From sequence record NC_070981.1: 64,000 nt of DNA; one strand, given 5' to 3'. The notes beneath the pieces were generated by a model, which ran no database searches, was not told the origin of the DNA, and worked only from the letters and a program-made list of their open reading frames with translations. Every line of letters begins with the position of its first letter. The first letter of the stretch is position 1. Below are positions 53,631 to 62,260 of this stretch, one piece after another. This stretch comes from Escherichia phage EK010. A program made the translations under genes and the position numbers.

Positions 53631-54683
53631 TTAATTTGCTCCAAAGGCTCCTAGAACACCACCTAAGATATTACTCCCTGCGGTAGATAACCAGTTGCTC
53701 TGACTATTCTGTTGAGACAGGTTTGAGCCACCAATCATAGGACCAGCCATCCCAGCTTGACCTCCAGAAGCATTGTACGAATTCCAAGCATTAGTAGTTT
53801 GCTGGTTAGGGGTAAAAGCACCTAGACGACCAGCAATACCAAGACCAGTAATCCCAGCACCAAGGATTTGTTGTGAAGTATTAGGGGCAGCACCTTTATT
53901 AGTAATAGTGTACCCAGCCATTGGACTTACTGAGTTTAATACATTAAGCTGATTGTTAAGCCGATTCCAACCATACTGCTGACTGCCAATAGTATTCTCC
54001 CAATTGTTGTTAGCTTGGAGTTGATCTTGCTGCTGTTGAAGGTTTCCAGCAGTGAGCTGATTCTGTATTGCTTGTTGACCAGCTTGTACTCCAGCAGCAC
54101 CTAGATTCAAGTTCTGACCTGCTAGACCAGATTGAGCATTTAGCAAACCTTGCTGATAAGAGCTGTTATTCAGAAGATTACTAACACCCATATTTTTACC
54201 CTGAATAGAGCGAGAGAGGTTAGTATTCGCTGAAGAAAGAGCAGCACCTTGGGCAGCAGCACGTCTCAGAGAACCTGAGTCAGATCCATTGCCAAGGGAT
54301 ACATTAGCAGCAGCTTTACCTGTAGACTTAGCTAGTGCAGAATTATTCAATCCAGAACTAAAGTTATTAACATCCTGAGCAGAGATACCACCTTTATTAA
54401 CTAGGTTTTGGTATTTCTGAGCCAACTCATTCATCTGGTCTAGCCCTTGTTGAGTTCGAGGAGTATACATCTGACTAAATTGGTTAAGTGTATTAGAGTT
54501 TGCTAAATTAGAAAGAGCTGCCGTTTGGCCTTCATTGAAGCCCGCTATATTACGACTGATGAACCCTTGGTCATTTTGATTCATAGCTTGGGCATTGGCT
54601 ACAATCTGTTTCAGAAGAGCATCAACCTGAGAAGACGGAGCTACCGTAGTCTTAGATTTAGGAGCAGAACCGAAAAGAGACAT
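53631..54683 (-). CDS. Q/N/G-rich virion protein (paralog)
   Basis: Track ORF; N-terminus MSLFGSAP. Confidence 0.6.
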   Translation of the reverse strand: MSLFGSAPKSKTTVAPSSQVDALLKQIVANAQAMNQNDQGFISRNIAGFNEGQTAALSNLANSNTLNQFSQMYTPRTQQGLDQMNELAQKYQNLVNKGGISAQDVNNFSSGLNNSALAKSTGKAAANVSLGNGSDSGSLRRAAAQGAALSSANTNLSRSIQGKNMGVSNLLNNSSYQQGLLNAQSGLAGQNLNLGAAGVQAGQQAIQNQLTAGNLQQQQDQLQANNNWENTIGSQQYGWNRLNNQLNVLNSVSPMAGYTITNKGAAPNTSQQILGAGITGLGIAGRLGAFTPNQQTTNAWNSYNASGGQAGMAGPMIGGSNLSQQNSQSNWLSTAGSNILGGVLGAFGAN

Positions 54684-54692
54684 ATGTCCTCC

Positions 54693-55490
54693 TTATCTGT
54701 AAATGTCAGTGCCTATGCTAGACAGACGTCTAAGCACGGCTTGTGTTTGTGGACTATATCGAGAACCTGCCTGAGTGGGAGCATGTGCTCTTTGCACAGT
54801 TTGAGAGTTAGGTTGCTTTCCTGCAAGCATAGAGGCAGCTGCCAATACAGCATTACCAAAATTCTGTTGAGGTTTTTGATCCTCTCCGGAAGATTGTTCG
54901 TCAGAGTAAAACTCTACAGGACTACCACCTAAAGCTCCAGCCTTACTTGCAGCTATCTCTGCCTGAGTTGGAGCATTAGCAGCTCCTTCTTTAGTAAGTG
55001 TGTTAGAGCCGAATTGGTCTACAGGTTGTGCTGCTTTCAAAGCACCGACAGGGTTAGCCACTTGAGATGCTGCTGTATTCTTATCAAAGAATGGTAAGAA
55101 TAACTTGTTGTTCATAGAATCTAAAGCTTGAGGAGTAAACCCACGCTTACCAGAGAACATCTGTTTTGCACCACCAGTCCCTTCTGAATATCCCACCAAA
55201 GCTTTCCTCACATCACCATCAAAAGCTTTTAGGTTGTCTCTCAAATACCTAGCACCCATATCAATATTCTTTGCAGGGTCTAATCTATCTTCTAGTTTGT
55301 AACCATAATCTTTAGCCAACCCTTTACTGATTTGCATTAAACCTACTGGCCCTGTACCTGATGCAACAGAGGGTCTACCACTAGACTCCCTCTGGATAAC
55401 TGCATGGATAAGAGCAGCAGGAATGCCGTACTTCTTAGAAGCTTGCTGGACCATAGGATCTAGCTCAGACACTCCCATTCTTATTGTCAT
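54693..55490 (-). CDS. lytic transglycosylase (SLT domain)
   Basis: HAVIQRESSGRPSVASGTGPVGLMQI motif. Confidence 0.8.
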   Translation of the reverse strand: MTIRMGVSELDPMVQQASKKYGIPAALIHAVIQRESSGRPSVASGTGPVGLMQISKGLAKDYGYKLEDRLDPAKNIDMGARYLRDNLKAFDGDVRKALVGYSEGTGGAKQMFSGKRGFTPQALDSMNNKLFLPFFDKNTAASQVANPVGALKAAQPVDQFGSNTLTKEGAANAPTQAEIAASKAGALGGSPVEFYSDEQSSGEDQKPQQNFGNAVLAAASMLAGKQPNSQTVQRAHAPTQAGSRYSPQTQAVLRRLSSIGTDIYR

Positions 55491-55502
55491 ACGTCCTCCT
55501 TG

Positions 55503-56537
55503 TTATATACTTGCAAAAATTTTAGTTGCATCTAATACAGGAACGGAGATCCCTATAGTTGAGTTAGAGCCTAGGTCGTAGGAGTTATCCCACTGGAACA
55601 TATACCTCCCATACCCTGTACCAAAAGAAGAACCATTCATAGTGTGTGACCTAGCATGTTGGAAATACCAACCACTACCATTACCTCGGATAGCACCTAC
55701 ACCAGAAGATAAAGGTATCATTGGGTATGAGATTCCTGTATTCCCACCACTATAAGGCATAAAATTGTGAATCATCATTGGTGTTCTGTAAGTAGAGAAT
55801 ACACACTGAGAACCGTTAGGAGAATAAATGTTCAGTCCACCGTTGTGAGTAGGAACACTGCCACCATCACAGAACACTGCAACCCTAACTGTTCCGATGT
55901 TACCACCTGCGTTGTTGTTTCCGTTGTTGTAAGATCTGTTTTGATATACCCGAATAGTTCTATCACCAGCTGTGTATAGAAGACCTGCACCACTGTTTGA
56001 CCAATTGGCAAATACCATGTATCTGTTAGAATCAAACCCACTAATCGCAGGTATCTGCATAGAACCGTTGATTGTGCCCTCCCAAGCATAAATACACTGA
56101 CCAACCGTACCACTATCAGAGATAGAGAAGTAGTCAGCTGTGTTTGAAAAAGTAATACCGTAGTTTCTGTTAGCTCTAGGCCAAATCTGGTATACGTTAA
56201 ATCCACAGTCAAACAGAGGGTTACTTCCGGGGTTCTGGTTGATGCTGACCCTGAAGGTAGAGTTATTGATTACAGAAATTCCAGTGACACAATAAACATC
56301 AGGAATTAAGTTAGGAGGAACTTCCCATTGCCAGCACAAACTGCCAATCGGAGCAATAACAATTTGACCTGAACCGTCCCATCCCGATATAGGGAAATCT
56401 CTGCTTCCTCCATTGAAGTTGTAGTTACCACTCACTCTATTCTTGAATTGAGGGAAAGTTGAACCACTATCAATAAAAAGTTCAGAAGGAGTTGCTGGTC
56501 CCGGCCCTACTGGTTTAGTCCAAATTCCATATGCCAT
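55503..56537 (-). CDS. tail-associated protein (344 aa)
   Basis: Track ORF in structural block; Gly/Asn/Ser-rich. Confidence 0.55.
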   Translation of the reverse strand: MAYGIWTKPVGPGPATPSELFIDSGSTFPQFKNRVSGNYNFNGGSRDFPISGWDGSGQIVIAPIGSLCWQWEVPPNLIPDVYCVTGISVINNSTFRVSINQNPGSNPLFDCGFNVYQIWPRANRNYGITFSNTADYFSISDSGTVGQCIYAWEGTINGSMQIPAISGFDSNRYMVFANWSNSGAGLLYTAGDRTIRVYQNRSYNNGNNNAGGNIGTVRVAVFCDGGSVPTHNGGLNIYSPNGSQCVFSTYRTPMMIHNFMPYSGGNTGISYPMIPLSSGVGAIRGNGSGWYFQHARSHTMNGSSFGTGYGRYMFQWDNSYDLGSNSTIGISVPVLDATKIFASI

Positions 56538-56538
56538 A

Positions 56539-57552
56539 TTACCATGTCCCTATTCTAATTCTTAACGTACCACTGCCGTCATAGAAATCTATACGGCTTC
56601 CATTCATCCACAACCTGTTACCACCAGAGGTTGGACCTAATTGAAAATCTCCACCAACTGTAAGTCTCCAGTTAGACCCACTCATTGCACCAGCAGTAAT
56701 CTTGTTAGCTGACAAGTTTTGAATCTGAGCATTACTAACAGACACATTATCAATCTGTGCCCATTGGATTCGAGCATTTGATATCATTGCTGTCGTTATG
56801 TTGACGTTCTTGATATCAGCAAACTCCATCCTAGCTCGACCATTCTCAAAGACGAAAGGTGCATTACCTGATGTACCATTACCGACAATAAACTTATTCG
56901 CTGTAACTTGAAACTGACTATTCGTACCATTGTTGGTAAGCTTAACTCCAGCATACTGACCGTTAACAGAAGAGTTAACACCCCACGTAGCTTCATAGGA
57001 GGAAAGTTTCATATATTGAGACAGAGAGTTCTGAACTGTAGTAACTTTACCATCTACCGTTGCTATCTGTTGACCTTGAGCGGTAAGCTCTGTTTGAACT
57101 AAAGCAATCTCTTGACCTTGGTCATTTACAATACCTTCTACCGTTTGAATCTTAAGATTAGTCCCTTCAATAGAGGTCTTGAAGCCTGCTACCGTCCCAT
57201 CTAGTTTGGTAGGAGGAACAGTTGAGTTATCCCAAATATCTTCAGTGGACAGATTACCCATTTGTGTCTGGATATCAGCAATAGCTGTTTCAATCTCTGT
57301 AGTAATTCTATTCTCAAGTTCGTCAAATTGAAGATTCATTGCATTAAGAGCTTTGATTCGAACATCAATCTCATCATGTATCTCATCAATTGCTTGGAAC
57401 ATTTGGTTTGTAGCGGTGCTGACTTTCTGGAGTTCATCATAAACCGCAACGTTGTATTTATCCGTATCCTCTACATTGTTGAGAAAGCCAACGTTGTAGG
57501 GAAGCGTGGTGTTGTTTCTTCCAGTATTCTTACGAAAACCTCCAGCACCCAT
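56539..57552 (-). CDS. tail fibre-like protein
   Basis: Track ORF; coiled-coil N-terminal region then beta-rich Gly/Asn region. Confidence 0.55.
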   Translation of the reverse strand: MGAGGFRKNTGRNNTTLPYNVGFLNNVEDTDKYNVAVYDELQKVSTATNQMFQAIDEIHDEIDVRIKALNAMNLQFDELENRITTEIETAIADIQTQMGNLSTEDIWDNSTVPPTKLDGTVAGFKTSIEGTNLKIQTVEGIVNDQGQEIALVQTELTAQGQQIATVDGKVTTVQNSLSQYMKLSSYEATWGVNSSVNGQYAGVKLTNNGTNSQFQVTANKFIVGNGTSGNAPFVFENGRARMEFADIKNVNITTAMISNARIQWAQIDNVSVSNAQIQNLSANKITAGAMSGSNWRLTVGGDFQLGPTSGGNRLWMNGSRIDFYDGSGTLRIRIGTW

Positions 57553-57570
57553 AAGTACCTCCCATTATAA

Positions 57571-57596
57571 ACAATAAAAGGGGCCGAAGCCCCTTG
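57571..57596 (-). terminator. intrinsic terminator (minus strand)
   Basis: GGGGC-CGAA-GCCCC hairpin with T-tract on minus strand. Confidence 0.6.
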
Positions 57597-57599
57597 TCG

Positions 57600-60599
57600 T
57601 TACCTTCGACCGCCAACAGCAAACTCTATAGTGAGTCCATTCATAGATGCATTACTGTTAACATCATTATCTATAACATTATAGAATAGGTATGGATGGT
57701 TCAATCTTACTGACACATGACGGTCTACCCCAACCCTAAACTCTTTAGTTGAGTGATTATGTCCATACTCATTAGAGAATTGACTTCCACCTGCTTCGAA
57801 CATATAAGTGCCTGTTCCTGTCACTTGTGGTCTAAACCTGTTGATGTGTTTTTGATTCCATTCATTAGTGACATTATCAAAGTCAATACCAGTCCTCTCT
57901 AGCCTCATTTCTAAAGGCCTTTCTATGACTGTATCGTTTGATCTGTCATAAAAATAATCTAAAGCACCAACATCTACTTGATAGAACCCTCTCAAGAAAG
58001 AACCTACTATTGTAACCCTCTGACGGAAGTTTGTTGCATCCTTTCTCCAGACAAGTTTATCAATAGATGGATCATCCCAAGTGACTTCTTGAAAATCTGC
58101 CCAAATAGGACCACGCTCAAGAACAGGAGGATCAACCAAACCAATACAATAAGAGTGTGGAATAGTACGGAAAGACCAAGTATCAAATTCGTAGTTCCAA
58201 ACAGCAGCTTTGGTACAAGCGAAACTCTCTTTTGGCTCTCCCGGTCCTACGTATAGAATCCAAACTTCTTTCTTATCTTGGTGTAGGTGAACTTTAGTAG
58301 CTATGGGATTAACTAAACAAATCTCATTGATTAGCATATTCTTAACACGATTGGAAGCAATTGACTTCTTAGATGCCCCATTATGAAGAATAACATCGTT
58401 CTGAGTAACTACAAAATGACCACCCTCTACTTCCACAACACATTCGGGAGCAAGAATTCCTGAATCGTTAAACAACTTCTTAAACATCAGAGGTTGATAT
58501 GTGTTATTAGTGGGTGACCCAATGTATGTCTCAAATTCAGTGTAAACAAACAAATAGTCCTTCAGAGGTAACACTTCTATAAGACTACCGTTCGAATCTG
58601 CAAGATCAATATACCCTGCATACCCATTCTCAAGAGCTTCAGTCTGTCCGACAATATTAGCAGCAAGATCAGAGCTGACAGCCCTATCATATGCATAATC
58701 ATCCCACAGCTCTGGAGCCTTGTTCTCTTCTGCAAAATTAGACCAACGAAGACGCAACGGGTAATGTGTTGTAACGCCAGAAGCATTAGATTCTCTCATA
58801 TTCAGAGCAAACAATCTGTTGTTAAATGCACGAATGCGCTCACACTTCCAGTTATACTTCTTAACAGAAGGGTTCCCTGATGCATCTACTACTGTCTGTT
58901 CGCCCCATCCCGGCAAGTCAACAAAGTATTCAGAATCAAACTCTTTAACTTGAGGAGTTTCATAATGGGTGGTTGCAACTGCACAGTTAGAGATGATAGT
59001 ATGATACCACGGGTAATCTTCAAAAGCATCGTAGTCTTTTTGAACCATCTGACTTACAGTGCAGGTAACTTTCACTTCACCCTTACGGAGAGCTGTGAGC
59101 TTGAGAGTAGGGCTACTAGTGTTGGTAGTAGACACATAACCACTCTTATCTACAGTCCATTTATAGGAATAGTTACCAGTCGGAGAAGCTGTTGCTGTCA
59201 ATACAATCTCTTCACCAACATCCAGAGAGGCATCTATAATATCCAAAGTCACGCCACTTAAAGGAGGGTCATTAGCTAGAAGAGCAGCTCTGCCAAAACC
59301 TTCAAGGTCCATTACGTTAGAGTAGTCATAGAAATTGTTACCTTCTGCCATACCTGTTGTATCAATTCCAGTGTTCTCTGATGCAAAATATACCACATCT
59401 TCTTTCTCAATCACAGGCTCTTCTACCGGAGCTTCAGGAGTAATAGAGTAAGACAAAGAACGAGCCATTCTAGAAGCCAAACCAACTTGAACTTCACAAG
59501 TAGCGGTACGTTTACCTTCTACAGTTGTTGCCGTGATTTGAGTATACCCCGCTACTAGGCCAGTAATGGTTGCTTCTGTACTAGAACCACTAACAGTAGC
59601 AATGTTGGGGTTAGAACTTGTCCAAGTGATTGCTTTGTTAGGGGCATTGGCTGGATTAACCGTAGCTGTTAGTATGTACTGAGTCCCCCTATTCATTGTT
59701 ACATTCTCTTGACTTAAAGAGATGCTATCAATCTGAGGAATTGCAGAAACTACACAAGATGCAGTTTTTGTCCCATTATCAGCTGTAATGGTTACGTTAC
59801 CTTCTCCTGAAGCCCTCAACACTGCGGTTAAAGAGTTTGAGTTAGGAGTGACTGACACAATACTTGGATTAGAGCTTGTCCAAGTGACGCTTGGTTTTCC
59901 TGTAATAGCAGTAAGTGTTGAAGTTCCTCCTTTTCTCACTGTCAATGTATCCTGACTTAAGAAGATTCCAGAATCTCCATCAATAATGTTAACTGCAATC
60001 TGAGTAGAAATGGATTCATCTGCCGTTCGAACTGTAACTACTAAATTACCCTCAACAGCTTTAGAAGTAAGAGTTGCTCTCTTAGAATCTGTAGGATCAA
60101 CAACAATACTGCCATAGGCTGAGTTACTTACTGACCAAACTAGGTTAGTATTTTGTGCATCTTCTGGAGTTACACTAACTTCCAAAACCTTTGTTTTATT
60201 GAAAGTCATAGAAACAGAGGATTCTTTAGGGGTAATAGAAGATACTACCGGATAAATCTTAAGTGTCGCTGTTGCTTTCTTAGTTGCTGTAGCAACCTTG
60301 CGACTGATGTCAGTAAGCCCTTCATCAGTTAATTTGTACAACTTCTTATCTGTACCAACTACAAGGAAACTGTTGCCAGCGCTATAATAGTCAAAAGGCA
60401 TAGAGATGAAAGAGAGGGGGGTAAGCTCCTTATCTTCATCAACGTAAGAAAGAGGGGCATTGCCCCCCGTCTTAAAAACCCTTTGCTCAACAAAACGAGC
60501 ATTAATAGCGTTAGTGAAAGCATTTGGTGCTAAGTCAGTAGGTGCTTGGTCAGCGATAACCCCAACTGCCCCTAATGATTTTATTGGATATAAAGCCAT
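57600..60599 (-). CDS. large tail protein with tandem bacterial Ig-like (Big_2) domains
   Basis: Repeated Big_2-like segments (e.g. QENVTMNRGTQYILTATVNPANAPNKAITWTSSNPNIATVS). Confidence 0.7.
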   Translation of the reverse strand: MALYPIKSLGAVGVIADQAPTDLAPNAFTNAINARFVEQRVFKTGGNAPLSYVDEDKELTPLSFISMPFDYYSAGNSFLVVGTDKKLYKLTDEGLTDISRKVATATKKATATLKIYPVVSSITPKESSVSMTFNKTKVLEVSVTPEDAQNTNLVWSVSNSAYGSIVVDPTDSKRATLTSKAVEGNLVVTVRTADESISTQIAVNIIDGDSGIFLSQDTLTVRKGGTSTLTAITGKPSVTWTSSNPSIVSVTPNSNSLTAVLRASGEGNVTITADNGTKTASCVVSAIPQIDSISLSQENVTMNRGTQYILTATVNPANAPNKAITWTSSNPNIATVSGSSTEATITGLVAGYTQITATTVEGKRTATCEVQVGLASRMARSLSYSITPEAPVEEPVIEKEDVVYFASENTGIDTTGMAEGNNFYDYSNVMDLEGFGRAALLANDPPLSGVTLDIIDASLDVGEEIVLTATASPTGNYSYKWTVDKSGYVSTTNTSSPTLKLTALRKGEVKVTCTVSQMVQKDYDAFEDYPWYHTIISNCAVATTHYETPQVKEFDSEYFVDLPGWGEQTVVDASGNPSVKKYNWKCERIRAFNNRLFALNMRESNASGVTTHYPLRLRWSNFAEENKAPELWDDYAYDRAVSSDLAANIVGQTEALENGYAGYIDLADSNGSLIEVLPLKDYLFVYTEFETYIGSPTNNTYQPLMFKKLFNDSGILAPECVVEVEGGHFVVTQNDVILHNGASKKSIASNRVKNMLINEICLVNPIATKVHLHQDKKEVWILYVGPGEPKESFACTKAAVWNYEFDTWSFRTIPHSYCIGLVDPPVLERGPIWADFQEVTWDDPSIDKLVWRKDATNFRQRVTIVGSFLRGFYQVDVGALDYFYDRSNDTVIERPLEMRLERTGIDFDNVTNEWNQKHINRFRPQVTGTGTYMFEAGGSQFSNEYGHNHSTKEFRVGVDRHVSVRLNHPYLFYNVIDNDVNSNASMNGLTIEFAVGGRR

Positions 60600-60610
60600 T
60601 ATAGCCCTCC

Positions 60611-61414
60611 TTAGCTAATACGTCTCCAAATGTGTGCTGCTCGGAACGGAGGCAATGTGTTAATAGGTTGGCGAGATGTATCATCACGACCAAAACTAAC
60701 AGAACCTGTGATTGTGTGTGAGTGAGTATTAGTGTCAGTCACCTGAGTGTAACCACTACCCGGACTATACCAGTTAGGGCTGCTGTTATGACCACTTGCA
60801 TCACCTCGTCCCATTCTGATATTGTGTGAGTGGGAATAAGAACTAACTTGGAAACTAGAACCGTTGATTGTGGTTAGAGGGATATTATCAGCACGAATCG
60901 TATTGAATACGCGACCACCTGTACCACCTGCTTGAAATTCTACACGTTGGGCGTTAGGAACAGACCCATCAGGGTTAACAACACCAGTACCCATAATAAC
61001 ACCTGTTACTTTGGCCCAAGAGCCAAAACCAAGAGATGCGGAATCACCCGGATTGATATCTTCTTCAGTGATGTAATAAGAACCAATACGGTACAACTTA
61101 TTCTGCATCCAATTCAACATGAAAGCTTCCATCTGACCTTTGGTTACAGCATCTTTGTCTCCAGTTCCCGGAGTAAGATTTTTAATCATAAGATTACCAA
61201 CATCCATAGCATCACCAGTAAAAGTAATCTTCTCTGATAGAGCTTTAAAAGACTCAGAAGAGAGGTCTACCGGCTCTGTAATATTAGGGAATGTGTTAAT
61301 CAAAACCTGCTTAATGAGGCGGAGTTGAGCCGCCCCTTCGTAAATGTAATCCCTGTCCCGAGGGTACAGAGGGTTTAAATCGGTAGTCACTACCGCAGTT
61401 GTTTCGATAGCCAT
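60611..61414 (-). CDS. tail fibre protein
   Basis: Track ORF; DAVTKGQM motif typical of fibre N-terminal regions. Confidence 0.55.
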   Translation of the reverse strand: MAIETTAVVTTDLNPLYPRDRDYIYEGAAQLRLIKQVLINTFPNITEPVDLSSESFKALSEKITFTGDAMDVGNLMIKNLTPGTGDKDAVTKGQMEAFMLNWMQNKLYRIGSYYITEEDINPGDSASLGFGSWAKVTGVIMGTGVVNPDGSVPNAQRVEFQAGGTGGRVFNTIRADNIPLTTINGSSFQVSSYSHSHNIRMGRGDASGHNSSPNWYSPGSGYTQVTDTNTHSHTITGSVSFGRDDTSRQPINTLPPFRAAHIWRRIS

Positions 61415-61426
61415 AAGGCACCTCCA

Positions 61427-61951
61427 TTAATATTTTCCTGTGGTGTATAGGTCTGCTTCTGCAACCCTACGATTGTGAAGTCCCGGACTCTGTTGTTTTA
61501 CACCCTTAACAGTTATCTTATCCCAACGCAAGAATTCTGAATAAACATCACCCTTTACGTCCCCGTTAATCACTTTCCTAAGTTTTGAGGTTGATAGAGC
61601 ACCACCACCAACATTAAAGTTGAACGAGGTGACAGCATCAAACTCATGGGCTAACATAGGAACTCTTATGTTTTTCTGAGTAGCACGAACAGAGTCTTGT
61701 GTGTCTCTATCTAGCAGAGCTAGACAATCCTCTATAGAATACGTTAATCCTTGTCTTACTGGATACCCATTCATATCGCGCGTAGCCCCTACACATATTG
61801 TCCAGATTCCAGCGGAGTCTTTATAGGCTTTAGTTCTCATGCCTTCATGTTTCATGATAAACTCCATACCGTCTGGACTCAGGCTCATTTGTACAGGTGG
61901 CAATGCGATAGCGTCCATCTTGACCTCCTTTTTGTTATTATGATAGGTCAA
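61427..61951 (-). CDS. GH24 (T4-type) lysozyme
   Basis: EGMRTKAYKDSAGIWTICVG catalytic E/D/T motif; true start may be an internal Met. Confidence 0.85.
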   Translation of the reverse strand: MTYHNNKKEVKMDAIALPPVQMSLSPDGMEFIMKHEGMRTKAYKDSAGIWTICVGATRDMNGYPVRQGLTYSIEDCLALLDRDTQDSVRATQKNIRVPMLAHEFDAVTSFNFNVGGGALSTSKLRKVINGDVKGDVYSEFLRWDKITVKGVKQQSPGLHNRRVAEADLYTTGKY

Positions 61952-62170
61952 TTAAGGAAGAATTTTTCTCAGAGCTGAAGATTGAGCATCTGGGCAAATA
62001 ACAACCAAATTATTTTGAATGGTCCTTTGTTTACATTGAGAACTGAGCTTCTCTACGGGAGCTTCTATAACAGAATGAGAGCTTACCGCATTTACAGGCA
62101 CTGCCGTAGAAATCACAAAACCAGTCCCTAAGCAAGCAAGACCATAAGTTACTTGTTTCATCATTTTCAT
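61952..62170 (-). CDS. small exported/TM protein (possible holin or lysis accessory)
   Basis: N-terminal signal/TM segment with VNA cleavage-like site, immediately upstream of lysozyme. Confidence 0.4.
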   Translation of the reverse strand: MKMMKQVTYGLACLGTGFVISTAVPVNAVSSHSVIEAPVEKLSSQCKQRTIQNNLVVICPDAQSSALRKILP

Positions 62171-62240
62171 TTTCTTCTCCTTTTCGTTTTCCTTTTGGAT
62201 ATAGTAGTTTCATTACTTATTCACCAGTTTCACTCCTAAA

Positions 62241-62256
62241 AGCCCCCGAAGGGGCT
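62241..62256 (-). terminator. GC-rich tetraloop hairpin after tail-fibre stop (possible attenuator)
   Basis: AGCCCC-CGAA-GGGGCT; only 3 T on minus strand. Confidence 0.3.
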
Positions 62257-62260
62257 TATC

